DNA of 64,000 nucleotides from Armatimonadota bacterium (lineage in GTDB: Bacteria > Armatimonadota > UBA5829 > DTLH01): positions 12,417 through 76,416 of the forward strand of contig JBDKSP010000088.1 in NCBI GenBank assembly GCA_039680575.1, given 5' to 3'. Of the stretch, positions 21,397 through 31,446 are shown piece by piece. The notes below the pieces were generated by a model, which was not told the DNA's origin, made no database searches, and worked only from the letters and a program-made list of their open reading frames with translations. A program made the position numbers and the translations under genes. The stretch's first letter is position 1. Every line of letters starts with the position of its first letter.

Positions 21397-23393
21397 TATG
21401 CCGCTCCTTTCGCCTTCTCCGATTCCCGCTCAAGAGATGTTACCGTATGGACGAACACTTCTTCCATCGATATAGGCTTCGGAGTAGTGGAGAGAACTTC
21501 TATCTGGTGTTCGGCCAGAATCCCGCGGATGCGCTGCTCGTCTTTTACCGGGTCGCTCGAAAGCAGTCGTATTCGGCTGCCATAAGGGAGAGCCTCTGGG
21601 AATTCACTTGTCACCAAACCCAGCGCATTAGGCGGATCACTGGTCCTGAATTCCAGCATGTGGCCGACCTGGTTTTCCAGGTTATTTTCGAGCGATTCGG
21701 GCGGTGCATCCGCCACGACTCGCCCGGCAAACATCAAAACTATATGGTCACAACTCTCGGCCTCGCTCATATAGTGCGTGGTAAAGAGTATCGCGACATT
21801 ATGCACTCTTGAGAGCCGGTAAAGTATGTCCCAGAACTGCCTGCGTCCAACAGGATCGACCCCTGAAGTCGGTTCATCGAGGAAAAGTGTCGATGGCTGG
21901 TGGACCAGCGCACATCCAAGAGAAAGCCTCTGCCGAAGTCCCATAGGAAGGCTCGCCACCTTCGCATCTCCGCGCCCCGCGAGCCCTGCTACGTTCAAGA
22001 CCCACTCCGCTCTTTCCAGCCTCAGTTCCCTGGGAACGCCATATATCCCCGCATAGAGCATGATGTTTTCCATTACCGTGAGATCGATGTATAAAGAGAA
22101 CGCCTGCGAAACATAACCTATGCGTTCCTTGATTTCCTGGCCTGCAAAACGCATGTCCGCTCCTGAGACTTGCCCTTCTCCGCTGGATGGCGGCAGTATG
22201 CCGGTCAGCATCTTGATACAGGTCGATTTTCCAGCCCCGTTTGCACCTAACAAGCCAAAAATCTCTCCCTGCTTTACCTGGAAAGTCACATGATCGACTG
22301 CGGTAAAGCTGCCGAAAATCCGCGTGAGGTCCATCGCTTCGATTGCTGTCCGTTCCTTCTGTTCTTCCGGCAGGTTTGCGTAAGTCTCGACAGTGCTTGA
22401 GGAAGATGCTGCTTCACTTTCTCCCTGCTCTCGCTGCCGAAGAAGCGCAATAAAGACATCTTCCAGATCGGGGTCCCACATCCGCACTTCCGTAGGCTTC
22501 AGTTCCTGCGGCAGGAAGGATACAGCTTCGGAACTTGCTTTCTCGCGGTCTGAAGTATCTGCGAGCAGTCTGACCCACTCTCCACGTGGCTCTACCTGGC
22601 CGTAATGTTCTCTCAGGACACCGAGGGATACTATCTGATTAGGGCACCTCAGTTCCACCATCGTGCCCGGAACCAGTCCGACAAGCTCCTCAGGCGTGCC
22701 GGATGCAAGAAATCGTCCTTCGTGCATGAGCGAAACCCGGTCAAACCGCAGAGCTTCTTCCATGTAGGCTGTGCTGATTAGAGCTGTCATCCCTTCTGCA
22801 CGGCTCAGTTCAGAGAGGATTGCCCAGAAGTCGCGGCGGGAAACGGGGTCGACGCCTGTGGTCGGTTCATCGAGAATTATCAGCTCCGGCAAGTGGATGA
22901 GGGAACAGATGAGCCCGAGTTTCTGCTTCATGCCTCCTGACAGGTTCTTCATCGGGCGGTTTCGGAACTTGTCGAGACGAGTCATCTTTAGAAAACGGTT
23001 TTTCCGCGCCTCCAGTTCATTTGGAGGAACTAACCTTACCCTGGCGAAATAATCAATATTCTCCTCGATTGACAGGTCTGGAGAGAGGTTCAGTCCAAGT
23101 CCCTGCGGCATCAGACCGATTCGACTCTTAATCAACTCCGCTGACTTCTCGGATTCGACCTTTTCCCCGAAAACCTCAACGGTTCCGGCGTCATAAGCCA
23201 GCACCCCGGCAATCGATTTCATGAGAGTGCTTTTACCTGCTCCATCAGGACCGATCAGACCGTACATCTCGCCCTTAACTACATCCAGATCGGCCTCTCG
23301 AACAGCAACCACATCTCCATAACTCTTGCCGAAACCCCGGACACGGACCGGGGGTGGAGGCTCACCGCCGTTCAGTACTGTGGCCGCTGCCAT
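21396..23393 (-). CDS. ABC transporter with two ATPase domains (YbhF-like)
   Basis: GPDGAGKS and GANGAGKS Walker A; LSGGMKQK; two LDEPT.GVDP Walker B; start uncertain (23393 or 23411). Confidence 0.9.
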   Translation of the reverse strand: MAAATVLNGGEPPPPVRVRGFGKSYGDVVAVREADLDVVKGEMYGLIGPDGAGKSTLMKSIAGVLAYDAGTVEVFGEKVESEKSAELIKSRIGLMPQGLGLNLSPDLSIEENIDYFARVRLVPPNELEARKNRFLKMTRLDKFRNRPMKNLSGGMKQKLGLICSLIHLPELIILDEPTTGVDPVSRRDFWAILSELSRAEGMTALISTAYMEEALRFDRVSLMHEGRFLASGTPEELVGLVPGTMVELRCPNQIVSLGVLREHYGQVEPRGEWVRLLADTSDREKASSEAVSFLPQELKPTEVRMWDPDLEDVFIALLRQREQGESEAASSSSTVETYANLPEEQKERTAIEAMDLTRIFGSFTAVDHVTFQVKQGEIFGLLGANGAGKSTCIKMLTGILPPSSGEGQVSGADMRFAGQEIKERIGYVSQAFSLYIDLTVMENIMLYAGIYGVPRELRLERAEWVLNVAGLAGRGDAKVASLPMGLRQRLSLGCALVHQPSTLFLDEPTSGVDPVGRRQFWDILYRLSRVHNVAILFTTHYMSEAESCDHIVLMFAGRVVADAPPESLENNLENQVGHMLEFRTSDPPNALGLVTSEFPEALPYGSRIRLLSSDPVKDEQRIRGILAEHQIEVLSTTPKPISMEEVFVHTVTSLERESEKAKGAA

Positions 23394-24811
23394 GGAACGC
23401 TCTCCTTCCACCTTATGATGGCATCAGCCGGCATACCTGGTGTCAAACGGTGGTCCGGGTTTTTGTTCAGGTAGAGCTTGACGGCGTAGACCAGTTTTAC
23501 CCGTTCATCAGGTGTCTGCACTTCCTTTGGAGTAAACTCGGCTGTCGATGAGATATACCTTACTGTCGCATCGAAAGGCATATTAGGGTACGCATCTACA
23601 TAGACCTTAGCAGGCAGGCCTAGCCGGACTTTTCCGATATCTTTCTCCGGAACGTAAGCCTTGAGATATAGCTTGTCGAGATTCACTACTTCCAGTATGG
23701 GAGAGCCGGCAGTTACGACCTCTCCGGTGTCTCTTACCCGGGTGACGACCTTTCCTGTGATCGGCGACACTACGAACAGGCTATTTAGGATGTTTCTTTG
23801 TTCGTTTACCGCAGCCTGGGCCTCCTGTATCTGGGACTGTGCACTGGTGTGTTGGCTTTTGCTGATTGCAACCTGGGTTGAAGCTGTCATAGCCTGTCTT
23901 AAGATACCCTCAGCCTGAGCTTTCACTCCTTTTGCGGTTATTACACGTGCATTTGCAGCATTAGCGTCCTGCCTTGCGGAAGCGAGTTGGGCCTGAGCAC
24001 TCTGAAGGCTGGCCTGGGCAGCTGCAACCTGTTCTTTTGCAGTTTTAAGATCAGCCTGTTTTGCTGCTACCTGCGCTCTCGCTGAACTTGCATTCGCAAT
24101 TGCACTCTGCAGCTCTGCATGGTCTTTTGCCGCAGTAGTAACATATTCATCCCGCTGCCTTTCAGTGACGACTCCTTCTTTGGCCAGATTGGTAAAACGT
24201 CGTGCATTTGCCGCTGATAGTTTGGTCTGAGACCGCTGGGATTCAACCTGCTTTTCGCTGGAATGCAGGTTAGCTTTTGCTGTTTCTACGTCTGCTGAAT
24301 ATCGGCGGACTGCCGATTTCGCCTGACGGACAGCTGCTGATGCAGATTTTACTGCAGCCTGAGCATTCTTTATGTTTGCTTCGGCACTTTTTGCGGCAGC
24401 CTGTGCGTCCTGTACACCGCTTTCAGCTTGTATTACCTGGCCTCTAGCCTGTTCTATACTGGAACTGCCGGTTTCGGAAGTGAGACCGACGTTTTGGCCA
24501 GCAGCATTGGCCTGTGCAACCATGACACCATAGTTGTGCTTGGATTGCTCCAATCGATCTCTGGTCTCAGGGTCATCCAGACGCACCACCATATCACCCC
24601 GTGTTACATTGTCGCCTTCTCTTGCAAGAAGCTTCGTTATCTTGCCATTGTACTTGCTGGAGACGACCACGACATCTCCCTCCATACGCCCGTTGACCTG
24701 GATGAGCCCTTCAGCGAGTGGGGTTTTACGCATCAGGAAATAGATGCCGACACCTATGGCTATGACTATCAGTGAAATTATTATATTTTTGCGGGTTAAC
24801 AGCTTTCTCAT
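23372..24811 (-). CDS. HlyD-family membrane fusion protein (YbhG-like) with long coiled coil
   Basis: N-terminal TM, lipoyl halves, AEFTPKEVQT..ER.KLVY.VK, PGMPA. Confidence 0.9.
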   Translation of the reverse strand: MRKLLTRKNIIISLIVIAIGVGIYFLMRKTPLAEGLIQVNGRMEGDVVVVSSKYNGKITKLLAREGDNVTRGDMVVRLDDPETRDRLEQSKHNYGVMVAQANAAGQNVGLTSETGSSSIEQARGQVIQAESGVQDAQAAAKSAEANIKNAQAAVKSASAAVRQAKSAVRRYSADVETAKANLHSSEKQVESQRSQTKLSAANARRFTNLAKEGVVTERQRDEYVTTAAKDHAELQSAIANASSARAQVAAKQADLKTAKEQVAAAQASLQSAQAQLASARQDANAANARVITAKGVKAQAEGILRQAMTASTQVAISKSQHTSAQSQIQEAQAAVNEQRNILNSLFVVSPITGKVVTRVRDTGEVVTAGSPILEVVNLDKLYLKAYVPEKDIGKVRLGLPAKVYVDAYPNMPFDATVRYISSTAEFTPKEVQTPDERVKLVYAVKLYLNKNPDHRLTPGMPADAIIRWKESVPWQRPQY

Positions 24812-24818
24812 GGTTGCG

Positions 24819-26201
24819 CTACTTCGACCTCCCCTCCGAGTTCACTCCTTCGTCAGTCTGTGCGGTATGAGTCACCTGCACAAGATCGCCGAGGTATCTG
24901 TGGGCTGTGAGGTACGCAGAATCAAGCTGGTATAATGATTGCTGAAGCCCAGTCTCAGCAGATAAGAGATTCACGTTGGCATCAAGCACTTCCAGGTTCG
25001 TTCCTACACCTTCTGCAAACCTGCGCTCAGCCAGTCTCAGACTCTCCCTTGCGAGGTCCACGGCCTTTCGCGCGGACGTGATTGCGCTGTACGCTGTGTC
25101 CATGTCCAGATAAGCGCTTCGAACCGATAGCCTCGTGTCATTGGCTGCGTTTTCAAGTTCAGTGTTGGTCTTTACCTGTTCCGATCCCAGTTCTTCGGCT
25201 TGTGCCCGGATGAGTCCGCCGTCAAATACCATCTGGGATAACTGCAATCCAACAAACCATTGCGAATCTGTCATAAAGCCTTTCGACCGTGAGACCAGGT
25301 TAGCGGACCCGACAATGTCTATCTGAGGTTTTCTATCCGCTTTCACGGACTTTTCGAGCCAGAAAAGCGATGATAACCTGTCTGTGATACTCCGGACCAG
25401 TGGGTCGGCTTTCACGGCGATTTCCTCCGCCTGAGCTACCGGTTGTTGAGAAGGAATGTCGAAAAAGCCTCCCTCCAGATCAATCGGAGAGTCCTTGGGC
25501 AAAAGTAGTGAAGTCCGAAGATTAGCCAACGCCAGTTCATACAGGTTTCGTACATCCGTAAGTCGTTTTTTCTGATCTTCAACCGCAGCTTCAGCGCGAA
25601 TTACATCATAATCGGTAGCAACACCTTCTTTTCGTAATTTCTGCGCCTGGGATAAGTGCTCTTCATATGATTTGAGTGATTCTTCGTTGACCAGAACACT
25701 CTCCCTGCCATAGATTGCCGCAAGATATGTGCGGGTTGTCTGAAGAACAATGGAAAGCTCAGTGTTGCTGGCGGTATTTTCTGCCTCAGTTACTCCAAAA
25801 GTCGCACTGCGGGTCCTGTAACGGATACGCCCAGCATCGAATATTGGATAAGCAGCCGAAATGAATGCAAAGTAGACATCCTGGTCAGCTACGGTCTGTC
25901 CGGGAATGATAACGGTTGTGTCATTAATTGCAATTGTTTTCGCATCAAGGGTAATCGGATCATCCAGATGATAGTAACTTGCACTAAGATCAGCATGCCC
26001 TTTTCCCTTGCTTTTCACCCGGTCAACGTTCTTAGTCGCAGTGGTAATATTCTGTTTGGATGCCTTGATGGTCAGGTTCTGCTGGATAGCAAGGTCAGCA
26101 GTACGCGCGAGGTCGAGTTTGATTGGCTGCGGTTGCTCGGCCCGTAGTGCAGCTGAAGACATGATGCATAAAATCAGTAGTAGTGTGAAAGCTCTTCCCA
26201 T
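24819..26201 (-). CDS. TolC-family outer-membrane efflux protein
   Basis: Signal peptide; two OEP halves (YPIFDAG / MVFDGG; GVATDYDV / GVGTNLEVLDA). Confidence 0.9.
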   Translation of the reverse strand: MGRAFTLLLILCIMSSAALRAEQPQPIKLDLARTADLAIQQNLTIKASKQNITTATKNVDRVKSKGKGHADLSASYYHLDDPITLDAKTIAINDTTVIIPGQTVADQDVYFAFISAAYPIFDAGRIRYRTRSATFGVTEAENTASNTELSIVLQTTRTYLAAIYGRESVLVNEESLKSYEEHLSQAQKLRKEGVATDYDVIRAEAAVEDQKKRLTDVRNLYELALANLRTSLLLPKDSPIDLEGGFFDIPSQQPVAQAEEIAVKADPLVRSITDRLSSLFWLEKSVKADRKPQIDIVGSANLVSRSKGFMTDSQWFVGLQLSQMVFDGGLIRAQAEELGSEQVKTNTELENAANDTRLSVRSAYLDMDTAYSAITSARKAVDLARESLRLAERRFAEGVGTNLEVLDANVNLLSAETGLQQSLYQLDSAYLTAHRYLGDLVQVTHTAQTDEGVNSEGRSK

Positions 26202-26314
26202 TTGGGACCTCTTGTAAAGATTTTGCCTTTCGCAGATATCCGGATTTTACGGGCGCAATATCAAGATTGCTTCCTATAGAGTTTCAGCAGATAAAGTAAC
26301 AGCCTTACAGTTAT

Positions 26315-26438
26315 ATAAGCAGTTCTCTGATATAGCTTTATCTGTTGATTTTACACTTACACCTGAAACTCTTCCGGAGGATTTTCGGCAACAGCCAACA
26401 TATGATTGGCCGTTAATTAATCAGCCGAAAATCTATAG
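26315..26438 (-). repeat. 124-bp repeat, copy 1 (inverted relative to 63877-64000)
   Basis: Reverse complement of 63877-64000 with one mismatch (26319); internal hairpin GATTTTCGGC...GCCGAAAATC. Confidence 0.92.
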
Positions 26439-26551
26439 ATACTAACTTTGAGCCAGCCTTTTGAATGTACCCATATCGCAATGTTGATAAAACTATTCAC
26501 AAAATAAATCGATATAGCAGATACACGCTCCATTGATTCCCTCTTTATCTG

Positions 26552-26579
26552 ACAGGCAAACTCGCAAGAGTTTGCCTGT
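26552..26579. terminator. Perfect hairpin (terminator-like or REP-like)
   Basis: ACAGGCAAACTC-GCAA-GAGTTTGCCTGT followed by TTT. Confidence 0.5.
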
Positions 26580-26672
26580 TTATGCAGGTGCCGCTATCTC
26601 GTCCCGACCACACCCATATCCCAGTATTTCTACTGGTTTTTTATGTTCTACTGCAGTTCGCTAGGTATCGCA

Positions 26673-26681
26673 TGTTATAAT
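26673..26681 (+). promoter_or_regulatory. Extended -10 promoter element
   Basis: TGtTATAAT about 33 nt upstream of ATG 26715. Confidence 0.5.
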
Positions 26682-26714
26682 TCATAGAATAAAATCGTTT
26701 TTAAGGGGAAATAT

Positions 26715-27953
26715 ATGCGTTCATTCGTTTGTTTTGGACTGCTATTGGCTGTTGTACTGAGTGTGCCTGGGTATTGCGCAGTGTTTCAAGATGACTTCAG
26801 CGGTGGCCTCAACTCTCGGTACTGGTATGTCACTATGACAACGCCGGATATGTATTCTGTAGATACCACACACAAAGACATCCGGCTGGCGAAGGTCGCA
26901 CCGACGCCTGGCGGTTACAAGGACGTCGAGATTAACCTGAACCTTAGCGCTCTTACATCAAGCGGCATGATCACCGGTGACTTCGACATACAGGTGGATT
27001 TCCGGGACGCCAACATAAGTGGAGGTGGGCTGAACCAAGTCGAGTTACACACTAGCTATGCAGACGGAACAGCTTTTTTCAATGTCAAAGAATATAGCAA
27101 CGTGCATGTGTGGACCGGCAGCTACCGGAGTGAACTACCTACGACCGCGACGGAGGGACGATTCCGCATAAAACGCGTGGGAAGCACTGTCACCGGGTAC
27201 CTTAACGACCAGCAGATATGGTCGTCCGATACATATCCCGCTGCCTTGAACTGGGTTGCGTTCAGCATTCAGAACAACAATGGATCTGACGATCCGATAT
27301 CCGTAACTTATGACAACTTCAGCATCTCAGCGGACGAAATTTTCCCTTCTACTACTACCCCCAAGCTGTTGACTGACGGCAGCCCACTGACTTTCAGCGG
27401 CTATATCGCCACTAGTGGCGCTGGTGACTTCCCTGATTTCTTCTATGCCGAAGCATCGAACAGATATGACGGCATCCGCATCGCAGCCACGCCCGATGTA
27501 GTCTCCAATCTGACACGTGGAAGTGTTCTGAGTGTGACTGGCAATATGGCGACAACAGCGGCTGGAGAGAGAGAGATTATTGCCTGCAGAGTCGATGCGT
27601 CACCATCCACGTCACTTATAAAACCACTCGCAATGACGAATCGTTCAGTCGGTGGTGCTGACATGGGGATTTCTGGACTCGGTCAATGCGGGGTCTATAG
27701 AGGATCTGGGCTCAACAATGTCGGACTGCTGATAAGAATTTGGGGCAAAATAACTGACGTTGGCGAAAACTACCTGGTGATTGATGATGGTAGTGGTAGT
27801 CCTGTGCGCGTTGACACGTCGTTTGTCAGCTCCCAACCAGGTAAAGGCTCGTTCGCTGCTATGACAGGGCTGTCGAGTCTGTATAAGCCGGATACGCTGC
27901 GACAAAGACTGCTCTTGCCACTCGCCGCTTCGGATTGGTACGTCACGTGGTAG
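26715..27953 (+). CDS. Secreted protein: ConA/LamG-like beta-sandwich plus lineage-typical C-terminal domain
   Basis: Signal peptide; DDFS..GDFDIQVDF..IKRVGS..YDNF; C-terminal PLAM.NR.VGG..GLNNVGLLIRIWGKIT..IDDGSG. Confidence 0.7.
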   Translation: MRSFVCFGLLLAVVLSVPGYCAVFQDDFSGGLNSRYWYVTMTTPDMYSVDTTHKDIRLAKVAPTPGGYKDVEINLNLSALTSSGMITGDFDIQVDFRDANISGGGLNQVELHTSYADGTAFFNVKEYSNVHVWTGSYRSELPTTATEGRFRIKRVGSTVTGYLNDQQIWSSDTYPAALNWVAFSIQNNNGSDDPISVTYDNFSISADEIFPSTTTPKLLTDGSPLTFSGYIATSGAGDFPDFFYAEASNRYDGIRIAATPDVVSNLTRGSVLSVTGNMATTAAGEREIIACRVDASPSTSLIKPLAMTNRSVGGADMGISGLGQCGVYRGSGLNNVGLLIRIWGKITDVGENYLVIDDGSGSPVRVDTSFVSSQPGKGSFAAMTGLSSLYKPDTLRQRLLLPLAASDWYVTW

Positions 27954-28079
27954 CAAACGACTAACCTCAGCGTTGTCGAAAGGTTTGTATGCTTTGGGCA
28001 CACGGGGAGAAGCACGACATCCACTGGTTTTTTCCTTTTCTCCCTTTTGTGGTGAAAAACTTTTGGAATATTGAGTATA

Positions 28080-28580
28080 ATGGACAAAAGAATAAACTTA
28101 ATAATACTTTTACTCATCATTTCCGTAAGTGCGCCTGTTTATGCAGGGACATTTTCAGATAAGGTGGGTGATTTTACGTTCCCGGCGATAGGGATAGCCG
28201 CTGCGTTTCCTGCGATGGAAGGTTCTGATGGTTTGGCGGAGGCAGCTCGACGCTGCGATGGTGTGCTTGTGGCGCTTTCCGTGACTGGACTGCTCAAAGA
28301 AAGCGTTCACGAGTGGCGGCCTGACCGGAGTGATGACAAGAGTTTTCCAAGCGGGCATACAGCAGCGGCTTTTGCGCTTGCCGGAACGCTCTCGGAAGAG
28401 TATCCCAAAGATAAGTGGCTGTATTACGGTCTTGCAGCGCTTATCGGCTGGTCCAGAGTCGACAGCGATAAACACCACTGGCACGATGTTGCGGCGGGGG
28501 CAGTTATTGGATATGCTTCCGGGAAATGGTCAGCAGGAAGCAGCGACGGAATATTAATAGGTAAGGTTTTCAGGTGGTAA
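28080..28580 (+). CDS. PAP2-family phosphatase
   Basis: K....EWRP, SFPSGH, SR....HHWHDV. Confidence 0.85.
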   Translation: MDKRINLIILLLIISVSAPVYAGTFSDKVGDFTFPAIGIAAAFPAMEGSDGLAEAARRCDGVLVALSVTGLLKESVHEWRPDRSDDKSFPSGHTAAAFALAGTLSEEYPKDKWLYYGLAALIGWSRVDSDKHHWHDVAAGAVIGYASGKWSAGSSDGILIGKVFRW

Positions 28581-28581
28581 T

Positions 28582-29625
28582 ATGGTAAGAGTCGGAATTA
28601 TTGGCGCTTCCGGTTATGCCGGAGGCGAGTTGATCAGGTATCTGCTTGGACATCGAGAGGCAAAGATTACTTATCTTGCCTCAGACACATATAGGGGAAA
28701 ACACATCGGAAACGCATTTCCGAGCTTGCTCGGGCATGACTTACCGCAGTGCAGTTCCTTCAGCGAAGACGGCGGTATGGACCGGGCGGATGTATTCTTC
28801 CTCGCTCAGCGCAATGGATGGGCTATGAAGATCGCTCCTCAGCTCCTGGATGAAGGAAAGAAGGTCATCGACATATCAGCGGACTTCAGGTTCCGCGATG
28901 CCGGAGTCTACGAGCAGTGGTATAAAACCGAGCATATCACCAAAGATCTGTCTCGAAAGGCTGTCTACGGGCTGCCTGAGTTAAAAAAAGAGTCGATTGT
29001 TTCGGCGTCCCTCATCGCAAACCCTGGATGCTACCCGACCAGCGCGATTCTTGCTCTCGCCCCGGCTGTGTCATCGGGATTGGTCGATCCGTCAGGGATA
29101 ATCGTAGACTCCAAATCCGGGCTTTCAGGAGCCGGGCGAAGCAAATTCGAGGTGGGCTATCTTTTCTCTGAGGTGGACGGCAGTTTTAAGCCTTACGGCG
29201 TCGGCACCCATCGCCACACGCCCGAGATAGAACAGGAAATATCCGAACTGGCCGGAAAATCTGTTTGCATGAGCTTCACTCCGCACCTCGTGCCGATGAT
29301 CCGGGGGATTCTGACCACGGCGTACGCCTCTCTCACGAGAGACGCGGCAACAGCGGATGTTATCAAGATGTATAAAGAGTATTATGCCAAGTCGCAGTTC
29401 GTGGTCGTTCTGGGTGAAGGGCAGTATCCTTCCACCAAGAGCGTCGCAGGGACGAACTACTGCCATATCGGCTTAAAAGTAGATAACCGCACGGGCCGGT
29501 TGATCGTAATGTCGGCGATTGATAATATGGGCAAAGGAGCAGCGGGCCAGGCGGTTCAGAATCTGAACCTGATATCCGGCCTGCCGGAAGACATGGGGCT
29601 TACCGGCACGGCGGTTTACCCGTAA
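28582..29625 (+). CDS. argC: N-acetyl-gamma-glutamyl-phosphate reductase
   Basis: GASGYAG, ANPGCYPT, SGLSGAG, HRHTPEI, DNMGKGAAGQAVQN. Confidence 0.96.
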   Translation: MVRVGIIGASGYAGGELIRYLLGHREAKITYLASDTYRGKHIGNAFPSLLGHDLPQCSSFSEDGGMDRADVFFLAQRNGWAMKIAPQLLDEGKKVIDISADFRFRDAGVYEQWYKTEHITKDLSRKAVYGLPELKKESIVSASLIANPGCYPTSAILALAPAVSSGLVDPSGIIVDSKSGLSGAGRSKFEVGYLFSEVDGSFKPYGVGTHRHTPEIEQEISELAGKSVCMSFTPHLVPMIRGILTTAYASLTRDAATADVIKMYKEYYAKSQFVVVLGEGQYPSTKSVAGTNYCHIGLKVDNRTGRLIVMSAIDNMGKGAAGQAVQNLNLISGLPEDMGLTGTAVYP

Positions 29626-29629
29626 TAAG

Positions 29630-30832
29630 ATGATGAAGAAAATAGAAGGCGCGGTGACTGCGCCAAAAGGGTTTTCGGCAGCGGGAGTACGCTGTGGGAT
29701 AAAGGCGCAGGGGACTGACCTTGCCCTCATCGTTTCAGATGTGGACGCAAGCTGCGCGGGGCTGTTTACTACCAACGTTTTCAAGGCTGCGCCTGTTCTG
29801 GTATCGTCCGAACACGCCTCATCAGGATACGCCAGGGCTATCGTAGCCAACAGCGGCAATGCGAACGCCTGCACAGGCGAGCGCGGCATAAATGACGCCG
29901 TTCGCATGACAAACCTTGTGGCGGATGCGTCCGGGCTTAATCTTAACGACGTAATGGTCTGCTCGACTGGCGTTATCGGCCATTTCCTGCCGATGGATAA
30001 GATCGAGACTGGGATTAAAGCCGCGGCAAAGGCGCTTTCACCGGGCGGCGGCCTCGATGCTGCCCGTGCGATAATGACAACAGACCTCCGCATGAAGGCT
30101 GTAGCCTATGAGTTTGAAATCAACGGTAAACCCGTCAGGATGGGGGCGATTGCTAAAGGCTCCGGGATGATATGCCCGAATGTCGCCACCATGTTCTGTT
30201 TTATCACGACGGACGCCGCCATCGAGCCGGAAGTCCTTCATTCATGTCTGGCGAAGTCGGCTGAGTGCTCTTTCAACAGCCTGACAGTCGATGGGGACAC
30301 GAGCACGAATGATTCCGTGATAATGCTGGCAAACGGCCTTGCGGGGAACAAAAAGATCGAGCTTGGAACGCCTGCTCTTGAGGTATTTCAATCGGCGCTC
30401 GACACCATTACAGTCGAATTCGCCCGCGAGATAGCGCGTGACGGTGAAGGCGCGACGAAGCTCGTCGAAGTAGTGGTCAAAAATGCCGCTGGGTACCAGG
30501 ATGCCAAAACCATAGCTCTGACCATCGCCAATTCGCCGCTCGTCAAGACCGCGGTCTTCGGTGAAGACCCCAACTGGGGCAGAATCCTTGCTGCTGCCGG
30601 CAGGTCCGGTGTAAAACTCGATCCGGTAAAGACCGATCTTTACCTGGGCGATGTCTTGATCGTACAAAACGGCAATCCGCTCGATCTTTCCGCCGATGAA
30701 GCCCGCCGCCCGATGCTCGAACCGGAGATTGTGGTAACGCTGGATCTCAATATGGGCAGCTCATCAGCAAAAGTCTTCACTTGCGACTTCTCATACGACT
30801 ACATCAAAATCAACGCAGAGTATCATACGTAG
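29630..30832 (+). CDS. argJ: Ornithine acetyltransferase
   Basis: NSGNANACTG, STGVIG, KGSGMICPNVATM autocleavage site, DGDTSTND, RDGEGA. Confidence 0.96.
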   Translation: MMKKIEGAVTAPKGFSAAGVRCGIKAQGTDLALIVSDVDASCAGLFTTNVFKAAPVLVSSEHASSGYARAIVANSGNANACTGERGINDAVRMTNLVADASGLNLNDVMVCSTGVIGHFLPMDKIETGIKAAAKALSPGGGLDAARAIMTTDLRMKAVAYEFEINGKPVRMGAIAKGSGMICPNVATMFCFITTDAAIEPEVLHSCLAKSAECSFNSLTVDGDTSTNDSVIMLANGLAGNKKIELGTPALEVFQSALDTITVEFAREIARDGEGATKLVEVVVKNAAGYQDAKTIALTIANSPLVKTAVFGEDPNWGRILAAAGRSGVKLDPVKTDLYLGDVLIVQNGNPLDLSADEARRPMLEPEIVVTLDLNMGSSSAKVFTCDFSYDYIKINAEYHT

Positions 30833-30835
30833 TTA

Positions 30836-30863
30836 TAGGGAATAGGGAACAGGGAACAGAAAA
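30836..30863 (+). repeat. Heptamer tandem repeat (T/C)AGGGAA x3-4
   Basis: TAGGGAA TAGGGAA CAGGGAA CAGAAAA; complementary degenerate array at 31187-31206. Confidence 0.7.
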
Positions 30864-31108
30864 TATGGCCGGGCTTCACTCCTCTCGGTAGGGGTTTGTA
30901 ATCCCTACCGGAAAGACAAATAAGGCATCTCTGATGCCGGGCGTGTAAGTTGAGACTATAAATTACACTTCCGGGATCGGAGATCCCTCTTTTGCCCGTC
31001 CGGGCTGTATTGCAAATACAGCCCGAGTGAGTCCCGTAAACCTTCTCTATTTCTATGCTTCGGGATCGCTTTTTATCCCGAAGCACAATGACCACTAATC
31101 TACCGTAA

Positions 31109-31168
31109 GCTGCGGGAATTGAATAGTAGAAATATGATAGATTATACTAAACCTGCCATTCCCGCAGC
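31109..31168. repeat. 60-bp element with 10-bp terminal inverted repeats, copy A
   Basis: GCTGCGGGAA...TTCCCGCAGC; reverse complement aligns to 57251-57309. Confidence 0.8.
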
Positions 31169-31290
31169 ATATAAAATCCTAAATCCTTCCCTATTCCCCT
31201 TCCCTGTACATCCGTTCGCTTGCTTGCTCCTAAGCTATGGTGATGGTATAATTTATTGTTTTGGATGTGCAGCCGTTTCGAGGGGGTTAC

Positions 31291-31376
31291 TGGTGCCGAA
31301 GGTGGGACTCGAACCCACACAAGGTCGCCCTTACCGGTTTTTGAGACCGGCGCGTCTACCATTCCGCCACTTCGGC
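31291..31376 (-). tRNA. tRNA-Leu (CAA)
   Basis: GCCGAAG acceptor, anticodon arm CCGGT-CTCAAAA-ACCGG, long variable arm, GTTCGAGTC, encoded CCA. Confidence 0.96.
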
Positions 31377-31446
31377 AAGCATCTTATTATATGAATTCAC
31401 TGATCTAAAGTCAAGACAGGGAATTGGAAGGTCTGCAATAAACAAC

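Noticed and set aside
26552..26579. c-di-GMP-I riboswitch (GGCAAAC start)
   Set aside because: It is a perfect simple hairpin lacking the second stem and conserved downstream motif.
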